Part shown: piece after piece, positions 36,680-48,334 of the stretch
How the letters are laid out: each line of letters begins with the position of its first letter
Numbering within the stretch: the stretch's first letter is position 1
Source: Chiloscyllium plagiosum
Taxonomy: Eukaryota
Assembly (NCBI RefSeq): GCF_004010195.1
Contig: NC_057751.1
Span: 7,248,133 to 7,296,675 of the forward strand
Length of the DNA: 48,543 nt
Direction of reading: 5' to 3'
The notes under the pieces: model-generated
The model's input: the letters and a program-made list of their open reading frames with translations, nothing else
Told to the model about the DNA's origin: nothing
Databases searched by the model: none
Translations under genes and position numbers: made by a program

Positions 36680-37042
36680 ATAAAGTCGTATAGATGTACA
36701 GCTTGGAAATAGACCCTTCGGTCCAACTCGTCCATGCCGACCAGATATCCCAACCCAATCTAGTCCCACCTGCCTGCACCCAGCCCATATCCATCTAAAC
36801 TCTTAGTATTTGTATACCCATTCAGATGCCTTTTAAATGTTGGGATTGTGTTAGCTTTGACAACTTCCTCTGGCAGCTCATTACATACATGTATCATCCT
36901 CTGCGTGAAAAAGTTAGCCCTTAGGTCTCTCTCATATCTTTCCCCTCTCACACTAAACCTATGCCCTCTCGTTCTGGGCTCCCCCACCCCAGGGAAGAGA
37001 CTTTGTCTATTTATCCTACCCATGTCCCTCATGATTTGATAA
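36680..37042 (-). mobile_element. Younger CR1 3' fragment nested in CR1
   Basis: ORF 36760-37032 RTRGHRF.VRGER..RDLR.NFFTQR, with a second 3' UTR. Confidence 0.9.
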
Positions 37043-37894
37043 AACTCCTCAACTGCTCCTCATATGATAAGCCCTTGATCCTCAGGATCATTCTTGTGAA
37101 CCTCCTCTAGATGGAACTCCTCCTCCAACACCAGCATATCCTGACTGAGATGCCAAACACAAAACTGATCACAATATTCCAAATGCAATCTGACCAAAGC
37201 TTTTTATGGCCTCGACATTACATCTCTGCTCTTGTATTCTGGCTCTCTTGAAATGAATGCTAACATTGCATTTGCGTTCCTCATTGCCAGCTGAACCTGC
37301 ATTTTATTTATAAGGGAATCCTGAATTAGGACTCCCAAAATGCTTTGAGCTTCAGATTTCCAAAGCCTTTCCCTGTTAAGAAAATAGTTTATGCCTCCTC
37401 TTCATAATAAGTTGCATAACCTCATGCTTTTTCACATTGTATTCCATCTGCCACTCTCCTCACCTTTCCAAGTCCTCTGCAGCCTCCCCATTTTCTCAAT
37501 ATTCCCTGCTTCTCCACCTGTCTTGGGTCATTTGTGAACTTAGTAAAATGTCCTCCATTCCTTTGGCTCGACCATGAATGTGTAATGTTGTCGTACCAAC
37601 ACTGACCCCTGTGGAACTCCACTGGTCATTGCTGCCATTCTGAAAAAGACCCCTTTATCCCCCACTGTACTTTCTGCTGGTCAGCCAATCCTGTCTCCCT
37701 GCCAGTACGTTGCTTTGAATGCCACGTGTTCTTATTTATAGCCTGTTGTATCAGAGGCCTTCTGGAAATCTAAATAGATCGAATCCACTGGCTGTCTTTT
37801 GTCTAACTTGCTTGTTCTCTCCTCAAAGAATTCTGACACATTTATCAAGTATGCCCTCCCCTTGACGATGCTGGGCTGACTCATCCATATTTTA

Positions 37895-38382
37895 GGTTAG
37901 TGGTACTGGAAGAGCACAGCAGTTCAGGCAGTATCCAAGGAGCTTCGAAATCGACGTTTCGGGCAAAAGCTGTTGAAGTCCACATTGGTGCCCTGGGGTT
38001 GAAGTGTTCCGAGGCGGAAGATGAGGTGTTCTTCCTCCAGGCGTCTGGTGGTGAGGGAGCGGCGGTGGAGGGGGCCCAGGACCTCCATGTCCTCGGCAGA
38101 GTGGGAGGGGGAGTTGAAATGTTGGGCCACGGGGCGGTGTGGTTGATTGGTGCGGGTGTCCCAGAGATGTTCCCTAAAGCGCTCTGCTAGGAGGCGCCCA
38201 GTCTCCCCAATGTAGAGGAGACCGCATCGGGAGCAACAGATACAATAAATGATATTAGTGGATGTGCAAGTAAAACTTTGATGGATGTGGAAGGCTCCTT
38301 TAGGGCCTTGGATAACTGCTGTGCTCTTCCAGCACCACTAATCCAGAATCTGGTTTCCAGCATCTGCAGTCATTGTTTTTAC
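37895..38382 (-). mobile_element. Short young Penelope-like element: GIY-YIG domain between inverted pLTR ends
   Basis: 15-bp TSD CTCATCCATATTTTA (37880-37894 and 38383-38397); inverted ends 37897-37924/38314-38341; open frame IIYCICCSRCGLLYIGETGRLLAERFREH. Confidence 0.93.
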
Positions 38383-39091
38383 CTCATCCATATTTTACTA
38401 AGCACTTCCAAGTCCACCGTAATCCCATCCGAAATAAGAGACTAAAAGCTTACCAACAACCAAGGACAGGCCTGCCAGTCTATAGTTTACTGTCTTCTGC
38501 CTCCCTACCTTCTTAAACAGGGGTCTTAAATTAGCCATTTTCCTGTTCTCTGGGACCACCTCTGACTCCTTTGATTCCTGGATGATCACCAATGCCTCTA
38601 CCGTCTCCTCAGCTAACTTCTTTAGAACTCTAGCGTCAAGTCCATTTATCCATCTTCTCCTCAGTGATAGCCACTTTGCTCACCTTTGGAAACCGAGGTG
38701 TTGAAGTTCTGATATGCTTCTGATGTCTTCTATCCTGAAAATTGATGCAAAGGTACCGACCTAGTTCCTCTACCATTTTTTTTTTGCTTTCCCCCTTAAT
38801 GTTTCTCCAGCCTCATTTTCCCATGGTCCAGTGTCCACACATGCCTCTCTCTTAGCTTTTAAAAATGTTGAAAAAACTCTTGCAAGCTTCTTTTAAATTG
38901 CCAGTTAGCTTATTCTTAGATTTCAACTTCTTACCATCTTATTGCTTTTTTAGTTAACCTCTGCTGGTTTTCAAAGCACCAATCCTTTCTAGAGCTCTTC
39001 ACACGAATTCGCACCACATTCTATGCTTTTATATTTGCTTTTATGCTGTTCCTGACTTCCCTTGTCAGCCATGGTTGCCTTGTTCTTCCCT

Positions 39092-40446
39092 GAGTCAAAG
39101 AGTGTGGTGTTGGAAACGTCAGCCAGTCAGGCCGCATCTAAGGAGCAGAAGAATTGACGTTTTGAGCATAATCTGTTCATCAGGAATGAGGAGCTGGCCC
39201 AAGGGGGCTGAGAGATAAATGGGAGGGGTGTGTGTCTGGGGGCAAGATAGATGAGCATGCGATAGGAAGATGATATTGGGGGTGAGGGTGATCGGTTGGA
39301 GAGGAGGATGGGTGGGAAGGCCATCCTTTATTCCTAATTCCTCTGCCTCTGCCGCACCTGCTCCCAGGAGGCCCAATTCCACCACAGGATGTACCAGATG
39401 GCATTCTTCAAAGACGACAATTTCCCCTTCCACATGGTCGACAGTGCCCTCTACCGCATCTCCTCTGCTTCTTGTACCTATACCCTCGAACCCCTCCTCT
39501 CCAACCACAACAAGGACAGAACCCTCCCAGTCTTGACCTCCCACCCCACCAACCACCGGATATATCACATTAACCTCCACCATTTCAGCCACCTACAAAC
39601 ACTCTCCACCACCAGAGATATATTTCCATCCCACCCTTATCTGTGTGCCATAAAGACGATTCCCTCCGTGACTAATTTGTTAGGTCCATGCGCACCACCA
39701 ATCCACCTTCCCCTGCCACCTGCAAAACCTGTGCCCACAGCTCCCCCCTTACCACCTCCCAAGGCTCCAAAGGAGCTTTCCACATCTGTCAGAGGTATAC
39801 CTGCACTTCCACACACGTCCTCTACTGTATCCGTTGCTCCCGATATTGTCTCCTGTACACTGGGGAGACAGGGCGCCTACTTGCGGAATGCTTTAGAGAA
39901 CATTGCTGGTGTACACACAAAAACCACCCGACCGCCCTGTGGCCAAACACTTTAACTCCCCCTCCCACTCCGTGAAGAACATGCAGGTCCTGGGCCGCTT
40001 CCACAGCCAAACCCTTACCACCCGACACCTGGAGGAAGAACGCTTCATCGCTTCATCTTCCGCCTTGGGACCCTCCAACTAAATGGGCTTAAGGTGGATT
40101 TCATCAGTTTCCTCATTTCTCTCCCCCCCCCCCCCCCACCCTAAGCCAGATGCAACCTTCCAGCTTGGCACTGTCCTACATGTCCATTTTCCTTCCCACC
40201 TATCTGCTCCACCCTCTTCGACTTAACACCTCCACTCCCAACTTCATCTACCTATTGCATTCTCAGCTACCTTCCCATTTATCTCTCAGCCTCCTTGGGC
40301 CACCTCCTCATTCCTGACAAAGAGCTTGTGCTAGAAACATCAATTCTCCTGCTCCTCAGATGTTGTCTGACTGGCTGTGCTTTTCAAACACCAAACTCTT
40401 TGCCAATGCTGAAGATCAGAGTCAATGCTCACTTTCTCCCAGTTGA
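39092..40446 (+). mobile_element. Penelope-like element: inverted 5' pLTR, RT C-terminus/GIY-YIG, 3' pLTR
   Basis: HVLYCIRCSRYCLLYTGETGRLLAECFREH (39688-39975); 39095-39260 is inverted relative to 40280-40400; probable TSD TTGTTCTTCCCT/TTGTCCTTCCCT. Confidence 0.9.
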
Positions 40447-42599
40447 TTGTCCTTCCCTTTGCATGTTTCTTCATTTTTGGGATAAACTTCTGCTCGGTTT
40501 CCCAAATTGCCCTCAGAAATTCCTGCCATTGCTGCTACCCTGTCTTCCCAACGAGGCTCTCCTTCCAAACAGCTCTGGCCAACATTTCCATTATGTTTTT
40601 GTAATTACCTTCACTTAATTGTAATACTGTTCCATCTAATTCCAGCTTCTATCTCTCAAACTGCAGGGTGAATTCTATCACATTATGGTCACTACTCCCT
40701 CGGGGTTTCTTCACCTTATACTTATTGCTTTAATATGCTTACTTAACCATCACCAAATCCACGAGCTTATGGGCTCTACCACAAACTACTCCAAAAAAGC
40801 ATTTCATCAACATTGCACAAATTCCTTTTCTTCATATCTGCTACCATCCTAATGTTCCCAGTCCACCTGCATTTTTAAGTACTCCATGATTATTGTATTA
40901 ATGCCTTTTCTATGTCTGATGTGTTTTCTTCCCCCCACATCCTGACTCCTGCTAGGAAGCATGTAAACAACTCCTGAAGGGAGGCCCCCCCCACCATCTC
41001 CTGCCCTTTAGATAGGATGCGTATCCTTGGATATTTAGTTCCCAGTGCCGAACCCGTCTCAGCTACATCTCTATGATACCCACAACATTGTGCCTCCAAT
41101 CTGTGCTCCACGCCCATTTACCTTCTTTCATATACTGCATACATTGAAGTAGAATGCCATCAGTGCTGTGTTGACTGTCCTCCTTCTCATAGTTCCCCCC
41201 TCTTCTGCTGTGCCTGAAGTAAGATTGTCAACCTTTTCCATACCGTCTGTTCTATTACTTATTTTGGAAACTTTAATGACCTGTGCTGGGCTCCACACCC
41301 GACCCCCTTTAACGTTTTCCCTACTTTACCTTGTAACTCAACCACCCACCCACCCACCCACCCCACTCCCTACTACTTAGTTTAAAGCCCGATCCAACAA
41401 TCCTAGCTAGTTATGTGATTCACCAGGACTCTAGACCCAGCATGAATTCAGGTAGAGCCTATTTCTCCCACGCCAGTCTTTCGGTCACATGTTTCCTTCT
41501 TGAATCTTGTTTACTCTGTATCAGTTTGCTTGTAGCTCAGACAGCAATCCAGAGATTATTTCCTTTTTGGTTCTGCTTTTTAATTTAACCCCAACTTGCT
41601 CATATTTCCTCAGTGGAACTTCTTTCCTCTTACTATCTATTTTGTTGGCACCAATGTGAACCACGACAGCTGGATCTTCCCCATCCCACTCTAGGTTCCT
41701 CTGCAGCCCAGATGAGAGATACTGAACCAAGACATCAGGCAGGCAACACATCCGTCCATAATCTCGATTCTGTCCACAGAGAGCAGTGTCTGTTCCCCTG
41801 ACTATACGCTTCCCTATTATAACTGCACTAATCCTTTCTCCCCCATTTTGAATGACTCTTTTCCCATGGTGCAATGGTCCGTTTGCTCATCCTCCTGACA
41901 GCTCCTGCTTTCACGTAAATAGCGAGCAAGAATCTCAAACATGTTAGAAAAGCTCAAAGGCTGAGGCCCCTTCAGGACTACCTTTTGAATCGCTCTACCT
42001 GCCTTGCAAGTTGTCTCATTCTCTTGTCCCTGACCACTGACCAAACTCGAGGTAGTTCATCGAAACACACCATCTATATAACTCTCCCCATCCTGAATGT
42101 GTTGCAGTGTTCACAGCTCTGACTTGAGCTCATCAACTCTGAGCCGGAGTTCCTCAAGCTACCAACACTTCCTACAGATGTGGTCGTGATGAACCACAGT
42201 GAGGTCCACTAGCTCCCACATCACACTCTTACAATACACCTCCTGGCACTGCTTCTCTATTTTATTTACTTAGTTCTTAATTTGATTTTTAAAAATTTTC
42301 TATTGGTCTTCTAGTTTGTAACCTGTAAATATTTCCCCTGCTTAGTTTCAATCTGAAAGTAACCTACGATAGTCCAATTAGTAGCTATCACCAAACAATG
42401 GTGCAGTTTACTTATGATGTCATTCTTCTGTCAGGCTCCTGACCCTGGGCTTTAATCTGTCTTGTTTTAAAGAAACTTCGAAATTATGAGCCAAAAAACA
42501 AAAAAAAATGGTCACTTCCCCTCTGCACTCACTCAGGCTATGTCTCACTCAGGATGTGATGTCTCCTTCCTGAACGCATGAAGCTTTCTGATCCACTGG

Positions 42600-43850
42600 G
42601 TCACAACAGATTTGTATGCAGGTAAAGCAAACAATTAAGAAGGTTCAAGGGTTGCTCCTCTTTGTTGCATGAATCGAACATAAAAGTATGTGTCTTGTGC
42701 TTCAGTTATACAGGGCATTGGTGAGATCAGAACACAAATACTGTGTGCAGCTTTTGTCTCTTGAACCAAGGAAGGACGTAAATTAATTGCAAGCTGAAAA
42801 AAGGAGGTTTACTGGATTGGTAGCTTAGGGGATGAGCAAGTTGCTTTGAGAATAGATTGGGCAGGATGTGGTTGCTTCCACTGCAATTTAAAAGAGTGAA
42901 GTGTGACATGGTTGAAATGTATATGACACTGAATGGGCTAGACAAAGTGGGTGTGGAAAGGATGTTTCCTCTTGTGAGTCAGTCCAGAACTTGAAGACAC
43001 TTCAAAAAAAACGATTGTCCTTTTAGAATAGAAAAAGGTTCTTTTTTCCTTTTTGGAACGTATGTGCGACTTCAGAAATCTCCATCAAAAGATGGTGTCA
43101 TTGAATATTTTTAAGACAGAATTAGATAGATTCTCCTCGACACTGGGGAGACAGGACGTCAACTCACAGAATGTTTCAGGGAACATCTCAGGGATACACG
43201 CATCAAACAACCCTACCGCCCTGTGGCTGACCACTACAACTCCCCCCTCCCACTCACCCAGGGACATGCAAGTCCTGGGCTGCCTCCACCGCCAAATCCA
43301 GGCCACCCAACAACTAGAGGAAGAATGCCTCATCTTTTGCCTTGGGACCCTTCAACCACAAGCATAAACTTCACTAGTTTCCTAATCTCCTCTCCCCCCA
43401 CCTCATCCCAGATCCAACCCTCCAACTCAGCACTGCCCTCTTGAACTGTCCTACCTTTTCATCTTCCTTCCCACCTATCCGCTCCACCCTCCCCATCGAC
43501 CTGTCACTATCACCACAACGACCTTCCTCCATCCCCACTTTCCTATTTATCTCTCAGCCCCCTTTATCCTGACACCCCAAATTCCTGATGATGGGTCCTG
43601 CCCAATATGTCGGCGTTCCTGCTCCTCGGAAGCTGCTTGAACTTCTGTCCTTTTCCAGTGCCATACTTTTTGACTTGGAATCTTGTTAGGCAGGCGAATT
43701 AAAGGTTGTCTGGAGTAGTTGAGAACGTGAATACATTTGAAACTAAACAGACAGGATCTTATTGAAAGGCGAAGTAAGCATGGTGTGGGGGTTGGGTTGT
43801 GTTGCCGGCGAGGCGAATGCTCTGCTTTTCTGACTTCTATGTTCGTAATA
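42600..43850 (+). mobile_element. 3' half of the 35530 CR1, interrupted by a PLE
   Basis: Resumes at TCACAACAG...ATGCAGGTAAAGC; NIFKTELDRF near 43105-43133; 3' UTR remnants at 43680-43850. Confidence 0.8.
43134..43676 (+). mobile_element. Penelope-like 3' fragment (end of GIY-YIG + pLTR)
   Basis: SHSPRDMQVLGCLH...LEEECLIFCLGTLQP; pLTR with decayed hammerhead CTGATGATGGG near 43585. Confidence 0.88.
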
Positions 43851-43936
43851 CAGGCTTTGGGGAGTCAGGAGTTGTTTGCCATGTATACTTGATTTACTCT
43901 CGCAATCAAAGTACATAGTTTAGTTCAATTTCAAGG

Positions 43937-44956
43937 TTTTACAACCGGTCCGTGGGTGAGGTTGCCCAACTTATTGAGTTTCTTGTCAGGTTACACCCCC
44001 AAAACATGAAGTGAGGGAAAATGGACTGGCTCCACTCCACTCTTCACCTGCCCCCTCACTTGGTTGCATCAAGGATAAATTTCAGAGGATCCCTTGGTTT
44101 GTGGAAAGTTTTCTTCTGGACCAAATTAATTTGTTTTAAAAGGCGCCAACTGAACTGGGCTTTCTTGAGTTAATAAGAGTGGCATTTTTAGTTAATACAG
44201 ATGAGAAGAAATAATAAATTTTATAAATAAGAGCACAGATATGTATGGATTAGAAATGAAAAGTAATTACGAATAAATAAAATAGGTTATCAAACATAGA
44301 GATCACTCTTTGGGATGTTTGTCATGAGTAGATAGTGAAACCTTCATAATTGAGTAGTTATCAGGTTGAAAATGGAACATTCACAGTTGAGCACTTGATA
44401 CGACATTCTTCGCTTTGCCGAAATTCACCTGTCCTTTTTAGTTTCAAACTGGTTTCCTAACCAGCTCCCAGCGCTCAGACTGAGGACAACATGCAATGAT
44501 GATTGGACTGTTCTTCACCTTTGACTTTTATAGCACACCAGCGTTTGAACGAAGGCTCGTCCCCATGAGGACCTCCATTACACCAGCGCACTTGAGCACC
44601 TCAGCCCACGATCTCTCACAGACAGTGCTGAAACTTGCTTTTAACTCTCATCCCTGTGCCTTGTTGAAAGGAGAAAACACAAGCATATATGTCATGCAGA
44701 TTCCTGTCTTTTCTCTCATCGTGTTCACAGGCTGAGATGCATAAAGAACATAGTCCCATTTGTAATACGATTCTCTCTTTGAAACTTTCTTGATACCTTC
44801 AGGTATGACATTCTAGAATTCCTATTTAGATAGCCATTGGATGTACATTCAGCATAAACGTTTGGCTGTATCAATCCTCTTTTAAAAATAAACCAAATGT
44901 TTTAATTAAAAGTTAAGCCCTCAGCTGATTCAGGGTTCTGATCTGTGATCATAACA
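43937..44956. mobile_element. Probable ~1-kb solo LTR or other insertion
   Basis: Interrupts the ancient LINE; ends CATAACA and begins TTTTACA (possibly decayed TGTTA). No TSD seen. Confidence 0.4.
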
Positions 44957-44959
44957 TTG

Positions 44960-45340
44960 TACAATGATAATCCTGCCTCCTTGTCCCTCCCCTAATGTGC
45001 AGGGTGTTGGTGGTGGGGGATTCGGTGATGGTTATGCCAATGAGTGTGATGGGAAGACATTGTGTTTGAGATGGTCAGTGCCTGGCTCTTACATAGTGCA
45101 CATCAGCCCAAGTTTGGATAGTGTCCAGGCATTAATGCATACATATGTGGGATACAGATGTCACGAATGGTGCAATCATCAGCAAACTTTGTGACTTCTG
45201 ATGTAATGACCTGAGACTAAGTTGATTTTTGTGTAATAATGTCAACCAAGTTCTTTTAGTTTTTAGTAATACTAACCAATAAAGAATTTTCCCATTGATT
45301 CCCATTGCCTGTAGCTCCTTGGTCAAATGCCGGATTGATA
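44960..45340 (-). mobile_element. Continuation of the ancient LINE (RT region relic)
   Basis: GGTGGGGGATTCGGTGATGGTTATGCCA, ATCAGCCCAAG, ATCATCAGCAAAC (antisense FADD). Confidence 0.6.
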
Positions 45341-45473
45341 TAATGTCATTATTCTACGATAAATAAGCATTGTAAAGATGCTTTTAAGAGAATAAGTATC
45401 TCAAATATCAGCAAGATAGATGTGCTTGATTCTTGTTGTAAAATGTATCTGTCCTTGTGATTTCCCCTCCTAG

Positions 45474-45642
45474 GTGTAATAGCCAGTTGACACTGCCACT
45501 CACAGCGGCTGCATGTGCTTCCTCTTGAATTGGAGTTGACATTAATTTGCGGCTCCATGGAAAGCCCCTGTGGAGTCCAGTTTGTGGACCAGTATTCGAC
45601 ACTGAGCCAAACGCTTTCACACCCTCCACTCTTCCATCACAG
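45474..45642 (+). other. Candidate exon: 83 nt of 5' UTR plus start of CDS
   Basis: Acceptor GTCCTTGTGATTTCCCCTCCTAG and donor CAG|GTGAGA in non-repeat DNA; stops in all frames upstream of the ATG. Confidence 0.5.
45557..45642 (+). CDS. Putative first coding segment MESPCGVQFVDQYSTLSQTLSHPPLFHH(R/S), phase-2 donor; host gene unidentified
   Basis: CTCCATGG start (G at +4), in-frame upstream stop, open to the donor. Recalled weak similarity to the PCBP3 N-terminus (HSTLSTLSHHPQPQFGRR). Confidence 0.33.
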
Positions 45643-46369
45643 GTGAGATGCAGCACAGTGGCTTTCTTCAAGTACATTGCCGTGCGGTCAATCTTGATCT
45701 GCAATTCTGCACATTTAATGCTGACAGATATTCTGAGCTGTCAGTCGCTCACTTCTCACATTCAGTGGATCAGGAGTCTCTGCTGAATTAATTCTACGCC
45801 CAACCCAGAGCCGGTGAAGCTGTTTCCAATTCCCTCACTGACAGCCAGCTGAAGCCAGCAAATTTTGCATGATCCGATAATTGGGTCTAATGCCTTCAGC
45901 TCTGTGTGCCTTTGTCTTTTGCCAGAATGCACGTGTAAATGTATGATCAAAAGAACAGTTAAAAGTTTGATTTCATTTTACTGTAAGTAAACTTAGTCTT
46001 TTTGAGATACAGAAACCAAAAAAATACCTTGCTGGAAACTTTTGACCAAAACCACCAGGCATATTATGGCTGATCATTTGGTGGTTTCATTGCCAGTATT
46101 CTGAATAATAAAGGAAAGCTTTGTTCTAAATTGGATATTTTTTAAATGTGCGGTTAATGCTGTTCCTGTACAGAAACATAAAGGAATCTTTCACAGTCAA
46201 CTTGAGCTGAATGTCAGCTCATGCTCTGCTGACTGTGCTGGCACAGTCACACTTTTATTCCTCAGATCTATCCCTTGCTGTTTTCTGTGTCAATCAGGCA
46301 GACTTTCACTAAACTCTTTACATTAGCGTTCTGGCTGCAGTAAATAAGGTTATGGACATTGGATAAGAT

Positions 46370-46790
46370 AGCAAACTGACTTGCATTTGCATTTATGGAG
46401 CATCATTTATGACATTATTTCACTCCAAAGTATTTTACAGCCAATTAAGTATTTTTGAAGTGAACTAAGTTACTTTTGGAGGAAACACACAGCAGACAAT
46501 TGGTGTACAATGGGCTTCAGCAAGTGGCAATGAAATTGTGAGTACTTGTTTTTTTCGGTGTTGTACTTTGGTTTAGCATTGGCTCGGACATCAAGTGAAC
46601 TGCCGAATTCTTCTTTTTATAGTGCCTTGCGATCATGTAATATGCCTTGAGAGTACAAGTGTGACATTGGTATGGCAACACATCTGAAAGTCATTTTCTC
46701 TAACAATGCATCTTTGCTTCAGGGCTGCACTTGTGTAACAACCTAGCTTTTATGTGCAAGTCATTGGATTTAGGCTTGAGCCTCCAATCT
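46370..46790 (-). mobile_element. Deu-domain SINE (SacSINE1-like), diverged
   Basis: Antisense tail CTTGCATTTGCATTTATGGAGC...TTTACAGCCAATTAAGTATTTTTGAAGTG and head GGCTTGAGCC. Confidence 0.65.
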
Positions 46791-46799
46791 TCAGAATCT

Positions 46800-47335
46800 T
46801 CATAGAGTCACAGAGATGTACAGCATGGAAACAGACCCTTCAGTCTAACTCGTCCATGCCGACCAGATATCCTAAATAAATCTAGTCCCATTTGCCAGAA
46901 GTTGGCTCATATCACTCTAAACTCTTCTTATTCATATACCCATCCAGATGCTTTTTAAATGTTGTAATTGTACCAGCCTCCACTGCTTTCTCTGGCAGCT
47001 CATTCCATACACATACCACACTTTGCGTAAAAAAAGTTTCCCCTCAGGTCCCTTTTAAATCTTTTCCTCTCACCATAAATCAATGCCCTCTCATATTGGA
47101 CTCCCCCACGCCGTCAAAAAGATCCATGTTCATGTCCCTCATGATTTCACAAATCTCTAAAAGGTCACCCCTCAGCCTCTGACGCTCCAGGGAAAATAGC
47201 CCCAGCCTATTCAGCCTCTCACTATTGCTCAAATCCTGCAACCCTGGCAACATCTTTGTAAATCTTTTCTGAAACCTTTCAAGTTTCACAACATCGTTCC
47301 AATAGCAGGGAGACCAGAATTGCACACAGTATCCC
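46800..47335 (-). mobile_element. CR1 3' fragment
   Basis: YCVQFWSPCYWNDVVKLERFQKRFTKMLPGL...LRGDL and the 3' UTR. Confidence 0.93.
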
Positions 47336-47619
47336 ATGAGTCAACTTTGATACTTAACTCGAAGCAAATTTGTAATCTGGCACCCCAAAATAAAATTCTG
47401 CTCTTTCCCTACTTCCACTTCAGCAACTGCTGATTAGCTTGACTAGTTCCATGTGGATCGTCTCACCATCCATATCTCGCCTGACTATCCATTATTCTTT
47501 TTGAGTCTTAGTATTATGCATTGTTGTGTCTCTTTGAGCCTGGCCAGGTTTGCAGTTGATCACATTCATCTTCCAAGAGTAACAAGAGGCTTAGCTGTCC
47601 ATCACAGGAGCTGAATCAC

Positions 47620-48330
47620 AGAAAGATTGAAAACAGGAACAGGAGTAGGCAACTCAACCTTTTGAGCCTGCTCCGCCATTAACTATGATCATGGTCGATC
47701 ATCAAACTTGAGTACCTTGTTCCTGCTTTCTCCCCATATCCTTGCATTCCTTTTACCTAAAAACTATACCTGTCACCTTCTTGAAAACATTCAATGTTCG
47801 GGCTCAACTGCTTTCTGTAGTAGAGAATTTCACAGGCTCATCCCTTGCTATTTGAAGATATTTCTCCTCATTTCAGTCCAAAATGACCTATTCTGGATCC
47901 TTAACCAATGACCCCTGGTCTGGACTCCCCATTCATTGGGAAACTCCTTCATGCATTCATTCTGTCTAGTCCTGTTTGATTTTTATTAGGTTTCTATGAG
48001 ATCATCTCCTTATTCTTCTCAGCGCTAGTGAATGTCGTACTGACCAATCCAGTTCCAGTCTCTCTTCATACGCAAGTCCTGCAATCCCAAGAATCAGTCT
48101 AGCGAACCTCTGTTGTACTGTCTTCGTAGCCAGAACATCCTTACGCAGATGAGGAGACCAAATCTGCAAATGATACCCGAGGCATGGTCTCACCAAGGCC
48201 CTGTACGGTTGCAGCAAGACATCCCTGCTACTGTATCCATTCCCTGTCAGTATAAGGCCAACACATTATTTGCCGCCTTCACTGTCTGCTGTACCTGCAT
48301 GTTTACTTTCAACGGCTGGTGTACAAGAAC
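47620..48330 (-). mobile_element. CR1 3' fragment (different subfamily)
   Basis: ALVRPCLGYHLQIWSPHLRKDVLA..TVQQRFARLI; 3' UTR ACAGGAGTAGGC...GAGCCTGCTCCGCCATT. Confidence 0.9.
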
Positions 48331-48334
48331 CCGT

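Larger units (their letters stand above)
36283..42600 (-). mobile_element. Near full-length degenerate CR1 LINE carrying three nested insertions
   Basis: 3' UTR at ~36290; RT LFKKVGRQKTVNYR (38398-38592); ORF1 SGNH VIIGKRIVRGTD...MCCLPD...VVVHIGAN (41521-41874); Zn-finger DHICRKC near 42170. Confidence 0.9.
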
